Source of the DNA: Bacteroidales bacterium UBA4772
GTDB taxonomy: Bacteria; Bacteroidota; Bacteroidia; Bacteroidales; VadinHA17
NCBI GenBank assembly: GCA_002403305.1
Contig: DHHM01000023.1
Span: 1,365-65,364, forward strand
Length of the DNA: 64,000 nucleotides
Reading direction: 5' to 3'
Shown: in pieces, positions 35,492 through 45,107 of the stretch
Layout: each line of letters starts with the position of its first letter
How positions within the stretch are numbered: position 1 is the stretch's first letter
Notes under the pieces: model-generated
Database searches by the model: none
What the model saw: the letters and a program-made list of their open reading frames with translations, nothing else
What the model was told of the DNA's origin: nothing
Translations under genes and position numbers: made by a program

Positions 35492-37654
35492 ATGAAGCAG
35501 ATGTTCAGGATCATTCAGTTTTCGTTACTGTTGATTGTAACCATAACCCTTTCGGGACAGCGGCCGGGCTTTTCAGATCAGCAGCCGGGGCTGATCAAAT
35601 GGATTGATGACAACCGGATGCTTATCCGCACCCTGGATGCAGAGAAGAAACCTGTGATTTCCGAATATAACTGCAGGACAGGCAGGTCAGTTGCTGTCAC
35701 GGATTATAAAACCGACATGCAGAAGCTCAGGGAGATGCTCCCTGAAGGGGTTGAGCCGGGACCTGGCATGGCCGTTTCTTCTGACATGAAGGCTGTTGTG
35801 TCGCTCCGCGATAATGATCTGTGGTATTATGACGGGAGTGACAGTGCAGGCATAAGACTGACTGACGATACCGGCTTGGAGGTTAACATGAGGTTTGCCC
35901 CCGGCGACAGGAAGATTGCCTACACAAAGGAGAAGGATCTCTATGTCTATGACCTCGACGCAGGGAAGGAGACCAGACTGACTTTTGATGCCGATGAGAA
36001 GATTTACAACGGCTGGGCTTCATGGGTCTACTACGAGGAGATCCTTGGCAGAGCCTCAAGGTATGCGGCCTTCTGGTGGTCACCTGATGCGGCACGCATC
36101 GCATACCTGCATACTGATGACAACCCCGTGCCCCAATATTACCTGAACAGGCTGGAGGATAGCGACGGTCCCCGTGGTGAGTTGGAAATAACCGCTTACC
36201 CGAAAGCCGGTGATCCCAACCCGAAAGTGAAGATGGGAGTGGTGGATCTTTCAACGGGAGAGACCACCTGGGTTAAAACCGATGAAGAGATAGACCAGTA
36301 CATTGCATGGCCGTCATGGACACCTGACGGTCAAAAGCTGATGGTACAGGTGCTGAACCGTGACCAGAACGACATGCGCTTTATACTTGCCGATGTGACC
36401 ACCGGTGATTACACGGAGGTATACAGGGAGACGAGGCAGACATGGGTCGATTTCTTCGAGGATATCCACGTGATGAGTGACGGTAGCGGATTTATTGTCA
36501 GGAGTTACCGTAACGACTGGTACAATCTCTACTGGTACGGGTGGGATGGAGTCCTCAGGTCACAGATCACCGATTTCGACTGGAAGGTGACCTCCATTGT
36601 AAAGGTTGATGAGGCCCGCGGGGAGATATACTTCAACGGTACCGGTCCTGGTGCCCTTGACAACCATTTTTACAGGGCCAGGCTTGACGGCACGAGGCTG
36701 CTGAAGGTCACAGATGGCGGAGGCTATCATTCAGCCTCAGTCTCACCGGGAGGCTCATGGTTCCTGGACAGCTGGAGCAGCCTTGAGAGTCCGGGCAGTA
36801 TAGATCTCATTGACAAAAGAGGCAGGAAGGTGCGTACCATCCACACCGCTGAGTCTCCCGCTTTTGATGACGGAAAGCATCAGAGGCAGGAATTGGTGAC
36901 CATCAGGAGTGCTGACAGTCTCTTTGACATGCCCGCCCTGATCACCTATCCCGTCAGCTTCGATCCGGCAAAGAAATACCCGGTGATATTCACTGTCTAC
37001 GGTGGCCCTGACGCGGGGAGCATCCGCAACCGGTGGATGGACTACCAGCCGCGCTGGTATGCTGAGAACGGTATTGTCACCATCAATGTTGACCACCGTG
37101 GTTCGGGTACCTTCGGTAAGCGGGGGCTCGACTACATGCACCGCGCGCTGGGCAGGTGGGAGATTTCAGACTATTCCGATGCGGTTAAGTGGCTGCGTGA
37201 ACAGCCATGGGTTGATCCTTTGCGTATTGGCATTACCGGAGGTTCATACGGCGGTTACGTGACATGCATGGCACTTACGGCAGGGGCTGATTACTGGACT
37301 CACGGCATTGCCGATTATTCGGTTACTGACTGGAGACTCTATGACAATGTATATACTGAGAGATACATGGACACCCCGGAAGATAATCCTGAAGGATACA
37401 GAAACGGCTCCGTGTTGCCCCATGCGGAGAATCTCAGTGGCAAGCTGCTTCTACGTCACGGAGATATTGATGATAACGTGCACATGCAGAATACGATATG
37501 GCTTGTGACCACCCTGCAGGACCTGAACAAACCGTTTGAGATGATGATATACCCCGGAGAGAGTCACGGATGGGGCGGGCCCAAGAGGATATTCATGACC
37601 AACGAGGGTAATCGCTTCTGGCTGAAGCATTTCTTTGGTATAGAGGAATATTGA
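35492..37654 (+). CDS. Dipeptidyl-peptidase IV-like S9B serine peptidase
   Basis: Signal peptide, DPP4-type beta-propeller N-domain, and nucleophile elbow GITGGSYGGY with downstream D and H (GESHGW). Start set at the ATG at 35492. Confidence 0.85.
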   Translation: MKQMFRIIQFSLLLIVTITLSGQRPGFSDQQPGLIKWIDDNRMLIRTLDAEKKPVISEYNCRTGRSVAVTDYKTDMQKLREMLPEGVEPGPGMAVSSDMKAVVSLRDNDLWYYDGSDSAGIRLTDDTGLEVNMRFAPGDRKIAYTKEKDLYVYDLDAGKETRLTFDADEKIYNGWASWVYYEEILGRASRYAAFWWSPDAARIAYLHTDDNPVPQYYLNRLEDSDGPRGELEITAYPKAGDPNPKVKMGVVDLSTGETTWVKTDEEIDQYIAWPSWTPDGQKLMVQVLNRDQNDMRFILADVTTGDYTEVYRETRQTWVDFFEDIHVMSDGSGFIVRSYRNDWYNLYWYGWDGVLRSQITDFDWKVTSIVKVDEARGEIYFNGTGPGALDNHFYRARLDGTRLLKVTDGGGYHSASVSPGGSWFLDSWSSLESPGSIDLIDKRGRKVRTIHTAESPAFDDGKHQRQELVTIRSADSLFDMPALITYPVSFDPAKKYPVIFTVYGGPDAGSIRNRWMDYQPRWYAENGIVTINVDHRGSGTFGKRGLDYMHRALGRWEISDYSDAVKWLREQPWVDPLRIGITGGSYGGYVTCMALTAGADYWTHGIADYSVTDWRLYDNVYTERYMDTPEDNPEGYRNGSVLPHAENLSGKLLLRHGDIDDNVHMQNTIWLVTTLQDLNKPFEMMIYPGESHGWGGPKRIFMTNEGNRFWLKHFFGIEEY

Positions 37655-39471
37655 TGCCGGAAAACATGAATGTGAATCCTTACAGGAGTCGCCTTGCTGC
37701 CGTTCGCGCAGTGATGAAGAAGCGGGGTGTTGATGCCCTGATAGTACCCTCGGCTGATCCCCATCTCGGCGAGTATGTCCCTGATCACTGGAGGGTGATC
37801 AGGTGGCTTACTGGTTTCTCCGGCTCTGCCGGCACCGTGGTTATCACGGCGAAATTTGCAGGTCTCTGGACCGACAGTCGCTATTTTATTCAGGCTGCCG
37901 GCCAGCTCAGGGAAACGGGGTTTGAACTTGTCAGGCTGAAGATACCACACACGCCGGAGTATATCGACTGGCTTGCAGAAAAGATGAAGAGTGGCAGCCT
38001 GGTATCCGTTGACGGACGGCTGATCTCTGCCTCCATTGCCGGCCTACTCCGTGGCAGGCTGAAGGAGCAGGGTATCAGACTCTCCCTAAGGAGCGATCTC
38101 ATAGCTCCGTTATGGCACGACCGGCCTCCGTTGCCGGACGAGCAGGCTTTTGAACTGCCTCCTGAATTTGCCGGAGAGAGCCGGAAGGAGAAGATATATC
38201 GTGTGCGGGAGAGGATGGAGGTGATGAGCGTTAATTACCAGTTGCTCACCTCCTGTGATGACGTGATGTGGCTTCTCAACATTCGTGGCAGGGACATAAC
38301 CTACAGCCCGTTGCTGTTGTCATTTGCCATTGTGAGTAGAGATCAGGTGATGCTCTTTGCCGACGAGGGCAAGATACCAGGCACCATGAAAGCGGAATTT
38401 GACCGTGATGGGGTGGTGCTGCTGCCTTATGAGATGACCACTTCGGTGCTGAGGTCACTTCCTGCCGGAAGCATCCTGCTGCTATCGCCCTCAACCACCT
38501 CGGCAGCACTGCGCGGAGCTGTTCCGGGGACCATCAGGGTCATTCATGACGTCAACATTCCTACACGGCTCAAGGCAATAAGGAATGAGACTGAGATAAA
38601 GAACCTGCGTGAAGTGATGATCAGGGACGGTGTGGCCCTCACCCGCTTTTTCATCTGGTTTGAGAAGAGCCTTGGCAGGGAAAAGATTACGGAGCTCTCT
38701 GCCTCGGCGAAGCTTGAGTCTCTGCGGATGGAGCAGGAGGGATGTACCGGACCCTCTTTCGCCACAATAGCAGCCTTCAACGAGCATGCAGCATTGCCTC
38801 ATTATGTGCCGGGACCCGAAAGTGATGCCGTGCTGGAACAGTCGGGGATCTTTCTGCTGGATTCCGGCGGCCAGTACTACGGCGGTACTACTGATATCAC
38901 CAGGACCGTTGCGCTGGGACAACCTGACGCTGAGATGCGAAGGCACTTTACCCTGGCTCTCCGGGGCACCATTTCCCTGGCTATGGCTAAGTTTCCGCAC
39001 GGCACACGCGGATATCAGCTCGAGTTGCTGGCACGAAAGGCATTGTGGGATAACGGACTGAACTACGGTCACGGCACCGGCCACGGGGTGGGCAGTTTCC
39101 TCAACGTTCACGAAGGCCCGCAGACCATAGGCTCGGCAGCTACCGGAGACCTGAAGACCGTGATTGAACCCGGCATGGTCAGCTCAGACGAACCGGCAGT
39201 CTACCTTGAGGGCAAATACGGCTTCAGGACTGAGAACCTGATACTATGTGTCAATGACAGGGAGACTGAGTACGGAGACTTCCTGAGATTTGAGACTGTA
39301 ACCCTTTGTTATATTGACAGGGCACTGACAGATCTCTCCCTGCTGGATGACACAGAGCTTCAGTGGCTCAACGATTACCATAAAATGGTATTTAACATGC
39401 TGGCTGACAGACTTAAGCCGGAAGAAAGAGAGTGGCTCGACCGGAAAACGGCCCCGCTGACCAGAGTATGA
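37654..39471 (+). CDS. pepP: Xaa-Pro aminopeptidase (M24B, three-domain type)
   Basis: Creatinase-like N-domains, DSGGQY..GTTDITRT, HGTGHGVGSFLNVHEGP. The ATG overlaps the DPP4 stop (TGATG). Confidence 0.85.
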   Translation: MPENMNVNPYRSRLAAVRAVMKKRGVDALIVPSADPHLGEYVPDHWRVIRWLTGFSGSAGTVVITAKFAGLWTDSRYFIQAAGQLRETGFELVRLKIPHTPEYIDWLAEKMKSGSLVSVDGRLISASIAGLLRGRLKEQGIRLSLRSDLIAPLWHDRPPLPDEQAFELPPEFAGESRKEKIYRVRERMEVMSVNYQLLTSCDDVMWLLNIRGRDITYSPLLLSFAIVSRDQVMLFADEGKIPGTMKAEFDRDGVVLLPYEMTTSVLRSLPAGSILLLSPSTTSAALRGAVPGTIRVIHDVNIPTRLKAIRNETEIKNLREVMIRDGVALTRFFIWFEKSLGREKITELSASAKLESLRMEQEGCTGPSFATIAAFNEHAALPHYVPGPESDAVLEQSGIFLLDSGGQYYGGTTDITRTVALGQPDAEMRRHFTLALRGTISLAMAKFPHGTRGYQLELLARKALWDNGLNYGHGTGHGVGSFLNVHEGPQTIGSAATGDLKTVIEPGMVSSDEPAVYLEGKYGFRTENLILCVNDRETEYGDFLRFETVTLCYIDRALTDLSLLDDTELQWLNDYHKMVFNMLADRLKPEEREWLDRKTAPLTRV

Positions 39472-39712
39472 TCATGGTCATCAATTGCGGCAGATCACGG
39501 GAATAACACGAGGTGTATAAATATAACGAAGGAGGGTGGTACTCACGGGACCCGGATAGGTAAACTTTCGCCGGAACAGCAAAAGATTGTATTCACCAAA
39601 CTTGAGGAGTGGCTTGACGAAACTCCCCGGAGCAGGCAGTAGCCGACGTAAGTTCTCTCATTGCATCAGTTTCAAATATTAAATTAATTTGCAAATGTTA
39701 AAAATATTTAAA

Positions 39713-39720
39713 TACCTTTG
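39713..39720 (+). promoter_or_regulatory. Candidate -7 promoter box (TACCTTTG)
   Basis: Matches TAnnTTTG and implies a leader of roughly 85 nt for the RRM gene. Confidence 0.4.
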
Positions 39721-39810
39721 TGTTGATTAGCAGGTCTGAAGAGGCCGGCAGAAGTGCATGTGCCCCTCCCTGTTGATTTTGTTGTTTTATTAACATTTAA
39801 TTTATTTCAA

Positions 39811-40113
39811 ATGAACATTTTTGTCGCCAAGCTGAGTTCTGTTACCAAAGCAGAAGACCTTCAGGAACTTTTCAGCAAATTTGGGGAGGTTATCTCCGCA
39901 AAAGTTATCATGGACCGTGAGACCGGCTTTTCCAAGCGTTATGGTTTCGTAGAGATGGCTGATGACCGTGCCGGTTATGAGGCTATCGAAAAACTCAACA
40001 ATTCAGAGCTCGATGGCAGTCAGATCATCGTTAAGAAGTCTGAGCCGAAGGCAGAGAAGAAGCCTTTCAGGCCCCGTCGTGATTTCCGCGACAGGGATGA
40101 ACCGAAATATTAG
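39811..40113 (+). CDS. RRM-type RNA-binding protein
   Basis: RNP2 NIFVAKL and RNP1 RYGFVEM, with a basic C-terminal tail. Start set at MNIFVAKL (39811). Confidence 0.88.
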   Translation: MNIFVAKLSSVTKAEDLQELFSKFGEVISAKVIMDRETGFSKRYGFVEMADDRAGYEAIEKLNNSELDGSQIIVKKSEPKAEKKPFRPRRDFRDRDEPKY

Positions 40114-40122
40114 GAGACAGCA

Positions 40123-40153
40123 AGAGAGGCCGGGGACACCGGCCTCTCTTTTA
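40123..40153 (+). terminator. Rho-independent terminator after the RRM gene
   Basis: 11-bp GC-rich stem AGAGAGGCCGG / CCGGCCTCTCT, 5-nt loop, followed by TTTTA. Confidence 0.75.
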
Positions 40154-40180
40154 TCAGAACGTTAATATGTTTTCAGGAAA

Positions 40181-40205
40181 GCGCCCTTGTTGAGGGTGTT
40201 TTTTC
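40181..40205 (+). terminator. Second, weaker hairpin plus T-run
   Basis: GCGCCCT-TGTTG-AGGGTGT (includes G-U pairs) followed by TTTTTT. Confidence 0.4.
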
Positions 40206-40206
40206 T

Positions 40207-41694
40207 TTATGCCAGCAGCTGTGCCTGCAGCCAGTATGCACCGGCACCGGCGAGGTATCCGGCGAGAGCCAGCAATGATATCTTCTTCATATACCAGATG
40301 AAGTCAATGCGCTCAAGACCCATGGCTGCCACACCTGCGGCGGAGCCTATTATCAGCATGCTTCCGCCTGTCCCGGCGCAGTAGGCCAGGAACTCCCAGA
40401 AGAGGCCGTCCTGCACGAAGAATGATGCATAGGCCGGATCGGCAGCCATCCTCAGCATGTCAGGCGTGACAACATCGTACATACCCATGGCACCGGCGAC
40501 AAGCGGTACGTTGTCAACAACTGCCGAGAGGGCTCCGATGGCCAGGTTTATCAGGTAGATGTTACCCAGCTTCTCGTCGAGCCATCCGGCGAGGAGGCTG
40601 AGCTGACCTGCACTCTGAAGGGCAGCTACTGCCGAGAGGATGCCAAGGAAGAAGAATATCGTGGGGGTATCAACCTTCTTGACGATATGGTAGATCGTGA
40701 GTTTCTTCCTGATCTCATCCTCCTTGTCGCGGTGCATGATCTCCGAAACCAGCCAGAGAACACCCAGTCCGAACAGCATACCCATGTAGGGCGGAAGGTG
40801 GGTGACTGTCTTGAAGACAGGTACGAACAGCAGCAAGCAAACACCCAGGATGAGTATGAATGTCCTTTCAAAGGGGGTTGTCAGCTCACCGGCGTAAGCT
40901 GGTCTTTCAGGTCTTGTTACATTGCCCGAAACCATGAACGACAGAATGGTCAGCGGGACGATCATGCTTACCAGGCTCGGAATAATCACTTTGAGAATAA
41001 TATTGACGGTGGTTATCTGACCCCCAATCCAGAGCATGATTGTAGTGACGTCGCCTATGGGAGACCATGCGCCTCCGGAGTTTGCCGCTATTACGATCAT
41101 GCTTGCATAGATCCACCGTGTTGGTTTGTCGGATATCAGCTTCCTGAGAAGGGCAATCATCACGATGGTGGTGGTAAGGTTATCAAGGACAGCCGACATG
41201 AAGAATGTCAGGATACCCAGTATCCACAGCAGCTTCACCTTGCTGTTTGTGGAGATCTTGTTGGTGATGACGGTAAATCCCTGGTGCTGGTCTATCACCT
41301 CAACAATGGTCATGGCGCCGAAGAGGAAGAAGAGTATCTCAGCAGTCGCCACCAGGTGATGTGCCAGTTCAAACTTTACGAAAGCATTGGGGTGTGATGC
41401 CAGTTCCACCGTCTCATTGAAGGGACTTGTGGCGAAAGCGTCAGCATTCATGAACGGCATGATGTTCTGGATTATCTCCCGGGCCATCATCTTTATCTCT
41501 TCCCATGAGGGAGAAAAGCCCAGGCCCAGGATCTGCTCACTGAAAAGAGCATACAGAGCCCAGAGGACGGAACCGAGAATAAGCGCACTGGCAGCCTTTT
41601 CAATCTTGAGAGGATGCTCCAGTGCGATGGCCAGGTAACCCAGCACAAAGAGAACGACCATTGCTATGAACATGACACGGAAATTTTTGTGCAA
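40207..41694 (-). CDS. nhaD: NhaD/ArsB-superfamily Na+/H+ antiporter
   Basis: About 12 TM helices. The N-terminal IALEHPLKIEKAASAL and overall layout resemble NhaD-type antiporters. Substrate is not verifiable. Confidence 0.65.
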   Translation of the reverse strand: MHKNFRVMFIAMVVLFVLGYLAIALEHPLKIEKAASALILGSVLWALYALFSEQILGLGFSPSWEEIKMMAREIIQNIMPFMNADAFATSPFNETVELASHPNAFVKFELAHHLVATAEILFFLFGAMTIVEVIDQHQGFTVITNKISTNSKVKLLWILGILTFFMSAVLDNLTTTIVMIALLRKLISDKPTRWIYASMIVIAANSGGAWSPIGDVTTIMLWIGGQITTVNIILKVIIPSLVSMIVPLTILSFMVSGNVTRPERPAYAGELTTPFERTFILILGVCLLLFVPVFKTVTHLPPYMGMLFGLGVLWLVSEIMHRDKEDEIRKKLTIYHIVKKVDTPTIFFFLGILSAVAALQSAGQLSLLAGWLDEKLGNIYLINLAIGALSAVVDNVPLVAGAMGMYDVVTPDMLRMAADPAYASFFVQDGLFWEFLAYCAGTGGSMLIIGSAAGVAAMGLERIDFIWYMKKISLLALAGYLAGAGAYWLQAQLLA

Positions 41695-41736
41695 AAATAG
41701 ATTTTCAGAACGACTCTGAAAGAAATATTGTATAAA

Positions 41737-43137
41737 TCACACTGAAAAAGATTTTCCGTATGCCGGGATCTCAATGTTTCCGAATCCCTTTGACTCGAGA
41801 TACGACTGATATTTGACCTGTGTCTCATATTCGCCGTGCACCAGGAATACCTTTTGCAGCCTGGAGCTGTCCTGGCATGAGAGGTAATCGGCCATCTCCC
41901 TGTAATCTCCGTGGCCGGAGTATGACTCGATCTTTTCAATGTCAGCCCTAACCAAATATCTGTTGCCGTGTATGGATACCTCTTCGGCCCCTCCCAGTAT
42001 TCTGGCTCCTAATGTTGACGGTGCACAGTAGCCCACGGCAAGAACAGTATTCGCAGGGTCGCTTATGCTGTTTGCCAGGTGATGTTTGACGCGCCCGGCC
42101 TCCATCATCCCTGATGATGAGATGATAATCACCGGTTCCCTGATGTCATTAAGCCTCTTTGAATGTTCAACCTCGGTGATGTAGAAGAGAGAGTTGAACC
42201 CGAACGGGTCAGGGTCAGAAAGCATTACTTCCTGTACATCACGATTGAAACACTCAGTGTGCAGGCGGAAAATATTCGTAGCATTGACTGAGAGGGGACT
42301 GTCGACATATATATCCACCCTGGGCAGCCTTCCTGCGTTATACAAGGTGTTAAGCGAATAGACTACCTCCTGGGTGCGGCCGACACTGAAGGCGGGGATG
42401 ATCAGCTTGCCCCTCTTCTCGACGCATGTGTGACGGACCACTCTGAAGAGCTCTTCGCCAGATTCCTCGACAGTAGGGTGGAGGCGGTCGCCGTAGGTAG
42501 ACTCGGTAATTAGGATGTCAGCCTGGGGGAATGGCTCGGGACTTTTAAGAATCCTGTTTGAAGGTCTTCCGATGTCACCGGTGTATGCCAGCCGCTTGAT
42601 GCCGTCCCTCTCCCTCAGTTCAAGCGTTACCACACTGCTGCCAAGCATATGTCCGGTATTTGTAAATCTGACTGTGGTGAAGTCGTCTATGCGGAACTTG
42701 CGGTCATAGGCCACCCCGATGAACAGATGCATTGAGGCCACGGCATCAGCCTGGGTGTAAAGCGGATCAACGGGAGGAAGATTTTTTCTTGCCCTTTTCT
42801 TGTTGAAGTACCGGGTATCATACTCCTGTATCTTTCCCGAATCGGCAAGCATGATAGAGCAGAGATCACGGGTGGCATTGGTACATATTACCGACCCGGT
42901 GAAGCCGTTCCGGTAAAGAAAGGGAATAAGTCCTGAATGATCTATATGAGCATGTGACAATATTACATGGTCAACCGAGGCGGGAGGGAAGGGCACAGCC
43001 CTGTTTGATTCCTCTGTCTCCAGTCCTTTCCCCTGGAACTGCCCGCAGTCGAGCAGGATGTTTTTTCCATGCTCTGTCTCAATAAGTACCTTGCTGCCTG
43101 TCACCTCACGGGCAGCCCCGTAGAATGTAATCTTCAT
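41737..43137 (-). CDS. MBL-fold beta-CASP hydrolase (RNA-metabolising type)
   Basis: HAHIDHSG motif, and the roughly 460 aa length with C-terminal SGHGD fits the beta-CASP family. Confidence 0.75.
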   Translation of the reverse strand: MKITFYGAAREVTGSKVLIETEHGKNILLDCGQFQGKGLETEESNRAVPFPPASVDHVILSHAHIDHSGLIPFLYRNGFTGSVICTNATRDLCSIMLADSGKIQEYDTRYFNKKRARKNLPPVDPLYTQADAVASMHLFIGVAYDRKFRIDDFTTVRFTNTGHMLGSSVVTLELRERDGIKRLAYTGDIGRPSNRILKSPEPFPQADILITESTYGDRLHPTVEESGEELFRVVRHTCVEKRGKLIIPAFSVGRTQEVVYSLNTLYNAGRLPRVDIYVDSPLSVNATNIFRLHTECFNRDVQEVMLSDPDPFGFNSLFYITEVEHSKRLNDIREPVIIISSSGMMEAGRVKHHLANSISDPANTVLAVGYCAPSTLGARILGGAEEVSIHGNRYLVRADIEKIESYSGHGDYREMADYLSCQDSSRLQKVFLVHGEYETQVKYQSYLESKGFGNIEIPAYGKSFSV

Positions 43138-43258
43138 AGATGGATTATGTGGGATTTGAAGTGCTAATATAACGAATGTTAGCCTAAGCTAAAGAATAAA
43201 TATTACATCTTTCAGCAAAATACCCACAAATGTTCTTTCCGGACTTAAGTCATTACTA

Positions 43259-43266
43259 TATTTTTG
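43259..43266 (+). promoter_or_regulatory. Candidate -7 promoter box (TATTTTTG)
   Basis: Matches TAnnTTTG, 31 nt upstream of the DUF47 ATG. Confidence 0.4.
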
Positions 43267-43296
43267 TGGCGTTGTCAAACCATACTCAAAATTCAG

Positions 43297-43944
43297 ATGA
43301 AACTCGATAAGGTGTTTTCTTTTCTTGCACCCAGGGAGGGTAAGTTCTATCCTCTCTTCAAGGATGCTTCAGCGAACCTGATCGTAGGTGCTGAACTACT
43401 GGTTGAATTCATGAATGAACCTTCGACAGAAAAGAGAGAGTCCCTGGGGAAAAAGATAAAGGAAGCGGAGCTTGTAGGTGATCAGATAGCGAAAAACCTG
43501 TACAAGGCTCTCAGCGGTACTTTTATTACTCCCTTTGACCGGGAGGACATCTTTGACCTTATCCATGCCACCGACTCGGTACTCGATCTGATGCACAGTG
43601 CAACCAAGCAGGCTCACCTGTACAAGCTAAGGGAGATACCTGCAGAGTTCAGTGAGATGGCTGAAGTCATCCGCGATGCATCCATCGAGATTAATACAGC
43701 CTTCAACGGCCTTCGTGACGTGCTGAATCTGAGTAAGTACAAGGATAACTGCCGGAAGATAGGAGATCTGGAGGAGCATGCCGATGATATTAACCACAGG
43801 TACCTGGCAAAACTGTTCCAGGAGGAGACTGATGCCATTGAGCTCATCAGGAAGAAGGATGTGCTTGCAGCTCTGGAGAAGGCTGTTGACCGCTGTGACG
43901 ATGTAGCTGACATTCTCTCTTCCGTTATTATCAAAATTGCCTGA
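43297..43944 (+). CDS. DUF47/PhoU-like phosphate-transport accessory protein
   Basis: The roughly 215-aa helical protein lies immediately upstream of a PiT transporter, the conserved pairing. FDREDI and DDVAD motifs are present. Confidence 0.75.
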   Translation: MKLDKVFSFLAPREGKFYPLFKDASANLIVGAELLVEFMNEPSTEKRESLGKKIKEAELVGDQIAKNLYKALSGTFITPFDREDIFDLIHATDSVLDLMHSATKQAHLYKLREIPAEFSEMAEVIRDASIEINTAFNGLRDVLNLSKYKDNCRKIGDLEEHADDINHRYLAKLFQEETDAIELIRKKDVLAALEKAVDRCDDVADILSSVIIKIA

Positions 43945-43955
43945 CAGAGTATCTG

Positions 43956-44996
43956 ATGGATTTCACGATTTTGATCATAATTATTATTCTGGCTTTTGGC
44001 TTTGACCTTATCAACGGTTTCCACGATGCGGCCAACTCAATAGCCACGGTTGTATCCACCAAGGTTCTTACACCCTTCCAGGCAGTTTTGTGGGCTGCCT
44101 CATTCAACTGGCTGGCCTATCTTGTGTTCGAGCTCAATATTGTTGATACCATAGCCAAGATCGTAGACACCTCGGCCATTACACTGATGGTCATTCTGGC
44201 TGGGATAATTGCCGCCATCATCTGGAACCTGCTCACCTGGTACCTGGGTATCCCCTCCAGCTCATCACATACTCTCGTCGGCGGCTTCGCCGGAGCAGCG
44301 ATAGCCTACACCGGTTGGGATGTTGTGCATACAGGAAAGATAGCGGTGATAGCAGCATTCATTTTTCTGGCCCCGCTGCTAGGCATGATCATGTCATATT
44401 TCCTTTCAATCATACTGCTCTGGGTCAGCCGCCGGGGCAATCCCTTTCGCCTGGAAAAGAGATTCAAGGGTTTTCAGCTTCTCTCATCTGCCCTTTTCAG
44501 CCTGGGGCACGGAGGCAATGACGCACAGAAGGTGATGGGGATCATTGCTGCTGCGCTCATGGTATATTTTCACGGTATGCAGGAGGTTCCGCACTGGGCC
44601 CATATCGAGATGGTCGACGGGAAGGTGCATGACATACCGCACTGGATAGTGCTCGGTTGTTATTCGGCTATAGCCCTGGGCACTCTCATAGGAGGATGGA
44701 GGATCGTCAAGACCATGGGCACAAAGATCACGAAGCTGACTCCCTTTGAGGGTGTGGCAGCTGAGACAGCCGGTGCGGTGCTGCTTTTTGGCACCGAGGC
44801 CTTCGGAATTCCCGTGAGTACGACCCACACCATCACGGGAGCAATCATGGGTACAGGGCTGACGAAAAGGATCACCGCTGTGCGCTGGGGGGTGACAATA
44901 AACCTTCTTTATGCCTGGCTGCTTACCATCCCGGTCTCAATGCTTCTTGCAGCAGGGATTTATTATCTGCTGTCAGCGATGACGGGAATCAGCTAG
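43956..44996 (+). CDS. pit: Inorganic phosphate transporter, PiT family
   Basis: GFHDAANSIATVVST and the C-terminal PVSTTHTITGAIMG signature repeats. Confidence 0.88.
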   Translation: MDFTILIIIIILAFGFDLINGFHDAANSIATVVSTKVLTPFQAVLWAASFNWLAYLVFELNIVDTIAKIVDTSAITLMVILAGIIAAIIWNLLTWYLGIPSSSSHTLVGGFAGAAIAYTGWDVVHTGKIAVIAAFIFLAPLLGMIMSYFLSIILLWVSRRGNPFRLEKRFKGFQLLSSALFSLGHGGNDAQKVMGIIAAALMVYFHGMQEVPHWAHIEMVDGKVHDIPHWIVLGCYSAIALGTLIGGWRIVKTMGTKITKLTPFEGVAAETAGAVLLFGTEAFGIPVSTTHTITGAIMGTGLTKRITAVRWGVTINLLYAWLLTIPVSMLLAAGIYYLLSAMTGIS

Positions 44997-45107
44997 TCTC
45001 TTGACTTGCCTTGACGGAGACCGGCCAGAATCACGGCCTTATAACCCGTAGTTTTTTATTTCGTGACGGACGACCCCGTGCCAGGGTCCTGGAACGGCAG
45101 TTTTGCA

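Noticed and set aside
40687-41397. 236-aa ORF on the plus strand
   Set aside because: It is antisense to the nhaD-type transporter. It is a shadow frame of a hydrophobic membrane-protein gene.
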